Shown piece after piece: positions 45,490 through 54,125 of a DNA stretch of 63,809 nucleotides. The DNA lies in the NCBI GenBank assembly GCA_027624555.1, contig JAQBWN010000001.1, positions 1 to 63,809 of the forward strand, written 5' to 3'. The notes under the pieces are model-generated. The model saw nothing but the letters and a program-made list of their open reading frames with translations, did not search any database and was not told the DNA's origin. Both the position numbers and the translations under genes were made by a program. The stretch's first letter is position 1, and each line of letters begins with the position of its first letter. The stretch comes from a bacterium. Its GTDB lineage: Bacteria; Patescibacteriota; Andersenbacteria; UBA10190.

Positions 45490-46275
45490 ATGCATACAAC
45501 GAACAAAGTAGGAATTCGTATAGCAGGGATAACGCTGGCTCTTGCACTAGCGATGTTTGGACTATCCAAAGCTGTTGCTTTTCTTGTTTCTCAAACTCCA
45601 GAGACGCCCGCAACAACACCTAATCCTACTTCAGCGCAAATAGTACAACCACCCAGCCCTGCAACCACCTTACCCCCAGAACTCCAGAAACAAATTTCGG
45701 CTTACAAAGAATCTGCGAACGAAACACTTGGCGAGTATACAAAAAAATATATCCAATCACTCCCAGCGGAAAGTGAAAAAAATGAGGTACTAGCGCCAAC
45801 TAAGGTAGAAGAATTTGTAAATACAAATAAAGAAGCTCTATTACCAGCACTGTTTGCAGGAACAGTGAAAACAACTACGGCCTCAGGCAAAGAAGCAATT
45901 GTGAAATACCTTGACGCAATAGCGCCATCGCATAACCCTGCAATTAAGCCAGTAACAGGAGAGATGATTTCTGCTGCTCTTATAAAGCAAGAAAGTGGGG
46001 AAGATATTCAAGCGCTAGCGCCTGTTCATGCCTCAATTGAGAGCAATTTTAACCTCTTTAAAAACGTACAAGCGCCAAAAGAAGCTGTTGAATTACACAC
46101 AAAACTCCTGCAAGCAACCCTTGCTCTTATGAACAACGTTACGTTACTGCAAAACATACAAAAAGATTTTGTAGGGGGACTTATCGGGCAGAAAAATCTT
46201 GCAGATTTAAATGCAGTGTTTACAGAAATTGGAACACAAATTCTTGCACTCGAAACCAAATACAACATCAAATAA
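45490..46275 (+). CDS. Membrane-anchored hypothetical protein, C-terminal paralog of 44555-45484
   Basis: 261 aa. N-terminal TM, Pro/Thr-rich linker. The C-terminal segment (QAPKEAVELHTKLLQATLALMNN...) aligns by eye with SVPQEALEYQKLLIGYTELLSGT... of the upstream ORF. Confidence 0.5.
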   Translation: MHTTNKVGIRIAGITLALALAMFGLSKAVAFLVSQTPETPATTPNPTSAQIVQPPSPATTLPPELQKQISAYKESANETLGEYTKKYIQSLPAESEKNEVLAPTKVEEFVNTNKEALLPALFAGTVKTTTASGKEAIVKYLDAIAPSHNPAIKPVTGEMISAALIKQESGEDIQALAPVHASIESNFNLFKNVQAPKEAVELHTKLLQATLALMNNVTLLQNIQKDFVGGLIGQKNLADLNAVFTEIGTQILALETKYNIK

Positions 46276-46299
46276 AACGTGCTATAATTTGAGGCAAGT

Positions 46300-47943
46300 A
46301 TGAGTCGTACTTTATCGCGTCCTTCGTATTATTTTCAGTATGCATTTCCTGCATTTGTTTTTGCTATTTGTTTTATATTATTTACGACGCAAACTCCATA
46401 CGCATCCGCAGATCCGCACGCAGTATTTTATACAGACAGAGCGCAAGAACAATTGTTCTACAACACTCTCGCCGCACTTAATCAGGCGGACTTTGTAGAA
46501 CCTCCTACGCTACAATCAGGACAATTCAGTAGAGAATCTCTTGTGGACTTGCGAGAAAGCACACTTCCAAGCCCGCTCCCAGGGCAAACTCCACTGCCGT
46601 TTAGCAGAGAACAAAACCCTACACTCAACGCAACTCGGACACAACTTCCCGGGATTATCGCAAGAAATATCACCCTCGAAGGGAATGACCTATGGACGGC
46701 CTATTTATTTCAGCAATTTGCGCTAGAAACGGACGTAAGAACGTCTTTAAGTAAATTAACACGCATCATCTGTACAGATGCACTTGGTCAAACAGGGTGT
46801 AACAACGAGCCCGGACCATCGCAAAATCAGTCAACGGCCTTTCCAACAGATATTAAAGAATACATCGGGCAAGATAATCTTCCTGTCGTTTCCAAGTTAT
46901 TCACACAAACAGAAAGTGAGAATAATTTTCAGGCAAAACTTACAGGAACGGATGGAGTTAATCCCGTACCCCTCAACCCAAACATCCCAGGTGGACCATC
47001 TCAACCAGGGCCATACACAACCGAACCAAAAATACCAGAGAGCTTAAAAGTGCCGCGTTCTAGTTCTGCTGAAATTGCCGCATTACACAACGACACTGAA
47101 AATAAGCCTGAAGCTCGCACGATATGGGAATCAGCAAGAAATAGCATCGTAGCATCGCTGTATAATACTGGGCTCGATTCAAAAATATTCTCGAAATTTA
47201 CACTTGCCGATAAAGGAGAGGTAACATACCCCGATGACGCTTCGTTTGATGACCACTTAGATATTCTCAGTGGTATAACGTCAATCCTCCCCGCATCTAT
47301 CGAGATTGCAGCGCGTGGCAAAGAAGAAGGCCTGGCGTTTAAACAATACCGTGAACAAACACCAGCTCTTGCAAAATACACGCTTACAAAAGAAGAGGGC
47401 GGCGGGGTAAAAGGTACTATCACGAACCCATCTACGGGTATTGAGGCTTTGATAAACACCGGCGCTCAACAGCTCGCAAACCAAACTATCAACCAAAATA
47501 TTTCTGGAACGCAGGAAATTACTAATCCTGGCAGGGTACCACTCTTACCAGTGGATCTTAGGCCCGAAGTTGCGGGTATATCGACAGAAAACGGTCCTCA
47601 AGGAGGACCTGGGGAAGTGGCTGGTATAGCTACCTTTGCTGTCGATATCGCAAGACTGTACAACACGTACTACAGTGACCCAAAGCCAAATCCAAACAGT
47701 CCAACTACAGGAGTTATTCCATATTTTGAAGAAAAAGGTCCTGATGAATTCCTCCAAGCCCTCGGCGCCACTCCCCCAAAATCTACAAAAAAAGTTGATT
47801 GTGGATTTTGCGTTTCTTTAGATGAAATTATAGCACCAGGTGGTGTAACCCAGACCATGAACGAAGTTTACTCAGACATGTATTGCTTCTTCTTCCCGAG
47901 AACGGCGGCGTGTGTAGCACGGCAAAACCCAGACTATGAATAA
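46300..47943 (+). CDS. Secreted hypothetical protein (547 aa)
   Basis: Signal/TM region at the N-terminus. No recognisable motif. The Cys-containing C-terminus overlaps the next gene by 8 nt. Confidence 0.5.
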   Translation: MSRTLSRPSYYFQYAFPAFVFAICFILFTTQTPYASADPHAVFYTDRAQEQLFYNTLAALNQADFVEPPTLQSGQFSRESLVDLRESTLPSPLPGQTPLPFSREQNPTLNATRTQLPGIIARNITLEGNDLWTAYLFQQFALETDVRTSLSKLTRIICTDALGQTGCNNEPGPSQNQSTAFPTDIKEYIGQDNLPVVSKLFTQTESENNFQAKLTGTDGVNPVPLNPNIPGGPSQPGPYTTEPKIPESLKVPRSSSAEIAALHNDTENKPEARTIWESARNSIVASLYNTGLDSKIFSKFTLADKGEVTYPDDASFDDHLDILSGITSILPASIEIAARGKEEGLAFKQYREQTPALAKYTLTKEEGGGVKGTITNPSTGIEALINTGAQQLANQTINQNISGTQEITNPGRVPLLPVDLRPEVAGISTENGPQGGPGEVAGIATFAVDIARLYNTYYSDPKPNPNSPTTGVIPYFEEKGPDEFLQALGATPPKSTKKVDCGFCVSLDEIIAPGGVTQTMNEVYSDMYCFFFPRTAACVARQNPDYE

Positions 47944-49888
47944 GAGTAAGCAATTATTTCTTATTTTCGCATTACTTGCGATGTTTGTTGCTCCATTTCA
48001 AGCATCTGCTCAACTACGTATCGTAAGTGCGGGTACAGCAATGCGCGTATCTGGTCAAAACGACGATTTCTTTAAAGACACAGCAAATTGTTCAGTAATA
48101 AAGGTAGTAAACAGCGATGACGAGGACGTACAATCACTCGACATACAACCCGAGCATCAAGACTTGCCTTTAGTAAGATTCACAAAAAACCTTACTTTTG
48201 GTGCTGCCATAACGTACTACGCATGTACAATAGAAGCTTTTGCGATAATACAAACTACGTATAATCCTGGAATATTAAATTCCATATCAGATACGCTTGT
48301 CAGCTTTTTTAAATATTTTATTGAATTAGTAAACGGACTCCTAACCTGGGTGCTTAAGTGGGCCGGGTACCTACTCATCGCCATGATTGGGCAGGGGAAG
48401 TTTATTACCAGCGACATCGTCACCCAAGCATGGCCGTTCGTGCAAGGGCTTGCAAACCTTGGATTCATATTCGCTCTTTTGTACATTGCCCTTGCCACCA
48501 CGCTTCGACTAGAATCCGTAAGTAGCTCAATACAACGGCTACTGCCAAGACTCCTCGTAGCGGCGCTGCTTGTAAATTTTAGCCTCGTCATTGGTGGCCT
48601 AATCATAGACGCGTCAAGACTCCTCATGGCTGCCGAAATTAGTATTATGGGTGGCGGTTCTTTAGATTATGAAAACTTCACTGCCGAATTAGTGAGGTCT
48701 TCAAACGCTTCAGCAACTATACTTTCCGGTTTACCACTCGTAGATACTAGCAATGCGTCTGCGGTAGTGCTTAAAATGATTCAAAGTGTTGTTTTTCTTG
48801 GGCTATTAACAGCTGCGATTTTTGTAATAGCTATAAATCTATTTATTCGCTATATTGCGCTCCTCATACTACTTATACTATCGCCCATAGCTTATCTTGC
48901 ACTTGCGTTGCCAAAAACCTCTCAGTACGCAACCCAGTGGTGGGGGATGTTTATAAAGTGGGTTTTATATGGACCGATTGTGCTCTTTTTCCTGATTATT
49001 ATTACTCGAATTCAAAACGTAGACATAGTATTAGCAGACACTGTAAGTGAAAATAAATTATTTACAGTATTCTTCAATCAATTTATTCATTTTGCGATTG
49101 TTATTGCGCTCTTCTTTGTTGCAAATAGCGTAGGTAAAAAAGTTGCTGGTGCAGGTTCAGACGCAGTTATGGGCTTTGCACAGAAAAATCCTCGAGCGGC
49201 GTTTATTGCTGGCACGTCACTTCTTACTGGCGGACTTGGTGGAGCAGCTGCTGTGGCGCTTTCGAGCAGAAGTGCTAGGGATGCATACAGTGGGGTTGGC
49301 AAAGGCCTTGCCACGAAAACTCGAGCAGGAGAATTGTTTGGCACAGGAGGTGTGCGAGGAGGCTTTAGCACTGCTGCTAAGTGGGCTCTGGGCGCAGAAC
49401 GTAACGAGAAAGGCGAACTTAAAGATGGAGAAAAATCGATTGGCTCTAGGCTCGTAGATAAAATTACTCCGCTTAAGCTTCAAGCCGCAGTTGCTGCATC
49501 TAAGGAAGCCGAGCGTATAGCAAATTTACCCGATCCAAACGAAGCAGGAATTGCATTACCAGAAAGAGTTAGAAGAACACGAGCTATTAGGACCGCATAC
49601 GACACAGCGGCTGCTCCTGGTGGCTCACTTGATCCTACAAAGCTTCTTAAGGGCAAAATTGCCGCTGAGATTTCTCCAAATGCGCTGGATAAGCTTGTTC
49701 GTAATTCAAAGAATGATTCGATGATTGATAATATCTTGGGGCATAAAGATGTCGTTGTAAATATGAAAAATGAAACAAAAGCGTATATCTTAGCAAATGG
49801 AAAGCCTCGCGACCCTCGAAAAGCTAAAGAAAATCGAGCAAGCAAGCTTGAGGGAAAGCTGCGCGACATAGGTCGAGATAAAAAATAA
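47936..49888 (+). CDS. Polytopic membrane protein, VirB6/TrbL-like candidate
   Basis: 650 aa. Signal peptide, at least 6 TM helices between about residues 130 and 400, and a hydrophilic Ala/Gly/Lys-rich C-terminal third. Position is upstream of the PrgI-like and VirB4 genes. Confidence 0.45.
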   Translation: MNKSKQLFLIFALLAMFVAPFQASAQLRIVSAGTAMRVSGQNDDFFKDTANCSVIKVVNSDDEDVQSLDIQPEHQDLPLVRFTKNLTFGAAITYYACTIEAFAIIQTTYNPGILNSISDTLVSFFKYFIELVNGLLTWVLKWAGYLLIAMIGQGKFITSDIVTQAWPFVQGLANLGFIFALLYIALATTLRLESVSSSIQRLLPRLLVAALLVNFSLVIGGLIIDASRLLMAAEISIMGGGSLDYENFTAELVRSSNASATILSGLPLVDTSNASAVVLKMIQSVVFLGLLTAAIFVIAINLFIRYIALLILLILSPIAYLALALPKTSQYATQWWGMFIKWVLYGPIVLFFLIIITRIQNVDIVLADTVSENKLFTVFFNQFIHFAIVIALFFVANSVGKKVAGAGSDAVMGFAQKNPRAAFIAGTSLLTGGLGGAAAVALSSRSARDAYSGVGKGLATKTRAGELFGTGGVRGGFSTAAKWALGAERNEKGELKDGEKSIGSRLVDKITPLKLQAAVAASKEAERIANLPDPNEAGIALPERVRRTRAIRTAYDTAAAPGGSLDPTKLLKGKIAAEISPNALDKLVRNSKNDSMIDNILGHKDVVVNMKNETKAYILANGKPRDPRKAKENRASKLEGKLRDIGRDKK

Positions 49889-49899
49889 TTATTAAACAT

Positions 49900-50676
49900 A
49901 TGGACACTTTTCAACTTTATCCAATCGGATCCATCCTAAGCAGACCCGAAGAAGCCACTCAAGGATATCTAGATATCGTCAGCTTATTACCTCAAAATAT
50001 AAAGGATATTCTTGCTGCTCCCAATTCCGCTGCTTTCGTCCTTGGCATTGTTAAAAGCTACAACATAAGTGAAGCTCAGGCGCCAAGTATTGCCTTTGAG
50101 ATTCTTGAGGTAGCTATTGGCAAGAAAACTTTTGCTCAGCTTTCGGGAGTTTTTGTTGCAGAACTTGGACTTGCACCCGATCAAGCTCAAAAAATGGCAC
50201 TAGAAATTGAGAAAGATATATTTGGGCCGATTAAGGGGGAATTGGATGAATTTTTGCGAGGGCAAAAGGGTAGCGAGACAACCCCGAGTATCGCTTCTCC
50301 CCAGCCTTCGCTAAAGCTTCGGCCGGCAGGCACCCCACCCAACCTCCCCTCAGTCAGCGGGAGAGGCGCGGCGCAACCTAACAATTTGCTAGACCTGAAA
50401 GAAATAGCTGCTGCGAAGAGGCAGGAGCAGTTGGCGGGGAAACCGACGCAAAAACAGTTACCTAAACGACAGGTGACAGCGCGGATTGCGCCTCCGCAAC
50501 AGCCACCTGCGCCACTCCCACCCCCTCCAACTCCCCCTCGGGCCCCACTTCGCCCGCTGGCTTCGAGGGGCGCAGCAGGGGGAGAGAACGCTACGACGCC
50601 TACGTTTCCCTTGCCAGCACGCACACCTCTACCAAAGCCGGCGGTTTCTCCGCTTGATTTTAGTAAGTATCAATAA
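49900..50676 (+). CDS. Hypothetical protein with a Pro-rich C-terminal half containing a family-B repeat
   Basis: 258 aa. No TM helices. The repeat at 50515-50597 is translated as ...PPPPTPPRAPLRPLASRGAAGGENATT... Confidence 0.5.
   Translation: MDTFQLYPIGSILSRPEEATQGYLDIVSLLPQNIKDILAAPNSAAFVLGIVKSYNISEAQAPSIAFEILEVAIGKKTFAQLSGVFVAELGLAPDQAQKMALEIEKDIFGPIKGELDEFLRGQKGSETTPSIASPQPSLKLRPAGTPPNLPSVSGRGAAQPNNLLDLKEIAAAKRQEQLAGKPTQKQLPKRQVTARIAPPQQPPAPLPPPPTPPRAPLRPLASRGAAGGENATTPTFPLPARTPLPKPAVSPLDFSKYQ
50515..50597. repeat. GC-rich palindromic repeat, family B (long form), in frame inside a CDS
   Basis: ctcccaccccctccaactccccctcggg + 33-nt extra module + cagggggagagaacgctacgac. The flanks match 26268-26315. 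Confidence 0.8.
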
Positions 50677-50684
50677 CTTTATCT

Positions 50685-51131
50685 ATGCGCTTTCAAGTAC
50701 CTCAATTTACCGATATAGAAGACAAAATAGTTGGGCCGTTTACGCTCAAACAGTTCTTAATATATGTAGTGGCCTGCATGTTGCTGGTTCCTGTATATAT
50801 TTATACAGACTTATCGCTCTTTATAACTATCGCGCTGCCTGTGCTCGGAGTTGCTGCAGCATTTGCTCACGTTAAAATCTACGGAAAATCGTTAAGCCAA
50901 GTTGTGTTTGCGGGGATATTCTATTTATCAAAAGGGCAGTTATACATTTGGCGCAGACAAAAAAACCAACCTTTTAAAATTGTAGACAGTGAGTGGAATG
51001 CAAATATGAGCGAAAAGGTAAATACATCACTTACACGGCCATCTTCTTCATTAAATGTTATTGCACAGTCACTTGAGACAACAGGGAACATCAGTAAAGA
51101 AGATATTCCAGACCCTCTCATGGTACAATAG
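50685..51131 (+). CDS. PrgI-family (VirB3-like) T4SS membrane protein
   Basis: 148 aa. N-terminus MRFQVPQFTDIEDKIVGPFTLKQFLIY followed by two TM helices, characteristic of PrgI-like proteins of Gram-positive/CPR T4SS loci. Confidence 0.55.
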   Translation: MRFQVPQFTDIEDKIVGPFTLKQFLIYVVACMLLVPVYIYTDLSLFITIALPVLGVAAAFAHVKIYGKSLSQVVFAGIFYLSKGQLYIWRRQKNQPFKIVDSEWNANMSEKVNTSLTRPSSSLNVIAQSLETTGNISKEDIPDPLMVQ

Positions 51132-51136
51132 AACGT

Positions 51137-51838
51137 ATGGCAATGTTTGACATGATGAGCCCCCCACTCAAAGGCAAGGCGAGTCAAAATTTAGTACATA
51201 TCTCTGAGTTACGCGATGGAATTGTTATACTGCAAGACGGTACAATGCGATGCGTCATGATGATATCTTCCGTAAACTTCGCATTAAAGTCCGAAGAAGA
51301 ACAAAATGCCATCATTTATGCGTATCAAGACTTTATCAACTCTCTCGATTTTCCTATTCAGCTTACTGTTTCATCAAGAAAAATGGATATCACACCATAC
51401 TTAGAAGAAGTAAAACATCTTCGTGATTTGCAAAAGAACGAATTGCTACATTTACAAATGACAGAATACATTAATTTTATATCCGAGCTCGTAAAAGGAA
51501 GTAATATTATGACAAAAACATTTTTTGTCACTATCCCTTTCTCTGCTTCACAAGATAAAAAAGAAGGATTTTTCTCACGTATCGGTAAAGGAGCAAAAGG
51601 GGCAGTAGGTAAGGGAAAAATGACTGATATCGAATTTGAGCACAACAAAACTCAAGTTACGCACCGCGTTGAACAAGTTGCAATTGGGCTGCGGGGCATT
51701 GGGCTGCGCGTGGTTCCGCTCAAAACGCAGGAGCTGTTGGAATTGTTCTATAACTACTTTAATCCGAACACATCTCGTAACCAACGCCTGCGCAATGTAG
51801 ATAAATTAACTATTCAAGAAACTGACGCACCGCTATGA
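51137..51838 (+). CDS. Soluble protein resembling the N-terminal (non-ATPase) domain of VirB4/TraC
   Basis: 233 aa. ...ISELRDGIVILQDGTMRCVMMISSVNFALKSEEEQNAII...FPIQLTVSSRKMDITPYLEEV... parallels the N-terminal layout of the downstream VirB4. No Walker motifs. ATGA overlap with the next gene. Confidence 0.45.
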   Translation: MAMFDMMSPPLKGKASQNLVHISELRDGIVILQDGTMRCVMMISSVNFALKSEEEQNAIIYAYQDFINSLDFPIQLTVSSRKMDITPYLEEVKHLRDLQKNELLHLQMTEYINFISELVKGSNIMTKTFFVTIPFSASQDKKEGFFSRIGKGAKGAVGKGKMTDIEFEHNKTQVTHRVEQVAIGLRGIGLRVVPLKTQELLELFYNYFNPNTSRNQRLRNVDKLTIQETDAPL

Positions 51839-53664
51839 GTATCTTTACTTCACTCTTTCCAAAGAAACCGAAAGAGCAAACACCTGCAAAAATTGATAAG
51901 GAATCTCAAAATATCATGCATCAATTTGATACAGGAGTTTCTTCACTTCGAGACATTCTTGCACCATCAGCTTTTAAAGTGAACACGAAATCAATTGAAA
52001 TCGACGGAAAATTTGCTACTACCATATACGTAACTACATATCCGAGGTATTTGGATACGAACTGGTTTGCTTCTATTGTTAATTTTGACGTTGAATTTGA
52101 TGTAGCAATGTTTATCTACCCACAAGATTCCGCAACTATTTTGAAAGAGCTACGAAAGCGAATAACCCAGGTATCTACATCTATTTCTATGCAGGCAGAG
52201 CAGGGCAAGGTAAGAGACCCTCAACTTGAAACTGCATACCAAGACATTGAAGAATTGCGAGACCGCCTTGTGCAAGGAACAGAGCGATTTTACCAGTATG
52301 GTTTATACATTACGGTATATGCCAACAGCGAAGAAGAATTGGACGATATATTATCTCAAGTAGAAGTACTCCTCGAGGGGCGCCTCATATATGCCAAGCC
52401 TGCACTCTTTCAAATGGAGCAAGGGTTTGACTCTACATTACCACTCGGACATGACACGCTCGTTGTAAACACTAATATGAATACGTCGCCACTTTCTACC
52501 AGCTTTCCATTTGTAAGCTCCGACCTCACGAGCAACTCTGGTGTTCTCTACGGAATTAATCTGCACAACAGTAGTCTCGTGCTGTTTGACCGGTTCAGTT
52601 TAGAAAATGCGAACATGGTTATCTTTGCAAAATCCGGTGCCGGAAAAAGCTACACGGTAAAGCTCGAGATTTTACGGAGCCTCATGTTTGGTACGGAAAT
52701 TATCGTCATCGACCCGGAACAAGAATACCGCTATTTAGCTGAAGCAGTAGGTGGGGCCTACCTGCAAATTGCCATTGCGTCAGACCATCGTATCAATCCG
52801 TTTGATTTACCAACACTCGGGGAAGACGAAAACCCAGAAGCAGTCCTGCGAGAAAATATCACCCGCCTTATCGGGCTTATATCTCTCATGGTAGAAGGGA
52901 TGACTGCGGAAGAGCAATCCATTGTCGATAATGCGCTTTGGGAAACGTATGCTTTAAAAGATATTACTCGCGGTGCGAAATGGGACAAGCCAGAAGTGCC
53001 AACGCTTCAGGACTTCTACAACATTACAAAAGATATGGAGGGCGGGAAGAACGTTGCAACCAGATTACAACGCTTCGTGGAAGGTACTTTTGCTGGGGTA
53101 TTTAACCGAGCAACGAACATAGACCTCGACCAACAGCTCATTGTGTTCAATATTCGAGATATGGAAGAAGAGCTTCGCCCGATTGCCATGTATGTAGTAC
53201 TTGGTTTTATTTGGAATAGGATACGAAGCCAGCTCAAGCGACGAATCCTCGTGGTGGATGAAGCTTGGATTATGATGCGCAATGAGGAATCTGCGAAGTT
53301 CTTATTCTCAATGGCAAAACGTGCCCGTAAATACTATCTCGGCGTTACCACTATTACCCAAGATATTTCTGACTTCCTGGGGTCTAAATACGGAAAGCCC
53401 ATAGTAACAAACTCGTCTATTCAATTGCTCTTACGTCAATCTCCCGCGGCAATTGATGCTCTTTCGGAACTGTTTTACCTCACCGACCATGAAAAGTTCC
53501 GCTTACTCGAAAGCGACGTAGGGGAGGGTATCTTTTTTGCTGGATTAAAACACGTGGCGATTAAAGTAGTTGCAAGCTATGCGGAAGACCAGGTGATAAC
53601 ATCGGATCCGCAGCAAATTTTGGCAATTGAAGCGGCGAAGAAAGAATTGAGTAATAATGCATAG
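51835..53664 (+). CDS. VirB4/TrbE/PrgJ-family T4SS ATPase
   Basis: 609 aa. Typical N-domain (YVTTYPRYLDTNW...QGKVRDPQLETAYQDIEELRD), Walker A AKSGAGKSY, Walker B ILVVDEAW, ITQDISDF. Confidence 0.85.
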   Translation: MSIFTSLFPKKPKEQTPAKIDKESQNIMHQFDTGVSSLRDILAPSAFKVNTKSIEIDGKFATTIYVTTYPRYLDTNWFASIVNFDVEFDVAMFIYPQDSATILKELRKRITQVSTSISMQAEQGKVRDPQLETAYQDIEELRDRLVQGTERFYQYGLYITVYANSEEELDDILSQVEVLLEGRLIYAKPALFQMEQGFDSTLPLGHDTLVVNTNMNTSPLSTSFPFVSSDLTSNSGVLYGINLHNSSLVLFDRFSLENANMVIFAKSGAGKSYTVKLEILRSLMFGTEIIVIDPEQEYRYLAEAVGGAYLQIAIASDHRINPFDLPTLGEDENPEAVLRENITRLIGLISLMVEGMTAEEQSIVDNALWETYALKDITRGAKWDKPEVPTLQDFYNITKDMEGGKNVATRLQRFVEGTFAGVFNRATNIDLDQQLIVFNIRDMEEELRPIAMYVVLGFIWNRIRSQLKRRILVVDEAWIMMRNEESAKFLFSMAKRARKYYLGVTTITQDISDFLGSKYGKPIVTNSSIQLLLRQSPAAIDALSELFYLTDHEKFRLLESDVGEGIFFAGLKHVAIKVVASYAEDQVITSDPQQILAIEAAKKELSNNA

Positions 53665-53666
53665 AG

Positions 53667-54125
53667 ATGACAGAGCAACAGGAAAGGGAGCAGCAAGTTG
53701 CATTAAACGCTAAGAGAAATCGTAAATTCCAACAAGATTTTCGTGGAGACTTGCTTAAAGCTAGGCAAGACACTAAAGAAGAGGAAGAAATTCCCCAAGA
53801 ATCAATTCAAAAAAGAAGATTAAACATATTAAAAGCGGGTGCTATTAAAGAAGCAAATGCAAGGACTGGCGGAGCCGTAGGCGCTAGTGTGGGGGGTGCG
53901 GTGGGTTCTATTATTCCGTTTATTGGTACTGGTATTGGGGCGTTTTTGGGGCGTTTTGTAGGAAAAAAATTAGGAATTACCGGATTTATTCTTATCGCGC
54001 TCCTCGCAATTGCGTTCCAAGCTATTCTATTTATTCTCGTAGTAAAAGGGTATTGTGATAGCTTAGGGTATATTGGACAAGCAGCAGATTATTTAACCGT
54101 TGGCATATGTCAAAATTTCAAATAA
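53667..54125 (+). CDS. Hypothetical membrane protein (T4SS-like cluster)
   Basis: 152 aa. Charged N-terminus, Gly-rich TM (GGAVGASVGGAVGSIIPFIGTGIGAFLG) and a second TM. Confidence 0.5.
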   Translation: MTEQQEREQQVALNAKRNRKFQQDFRGDLLKARQDTKEEEEIPQESIQKRRLNILKAGAIKEANARTGGAVGASVGGAVGSIIPFIGTGIGAFLGRFVGKKLGITGFILIALLAIAFQAILFILVVKGYCDSLGYIGQAADYLTVGICQNFK

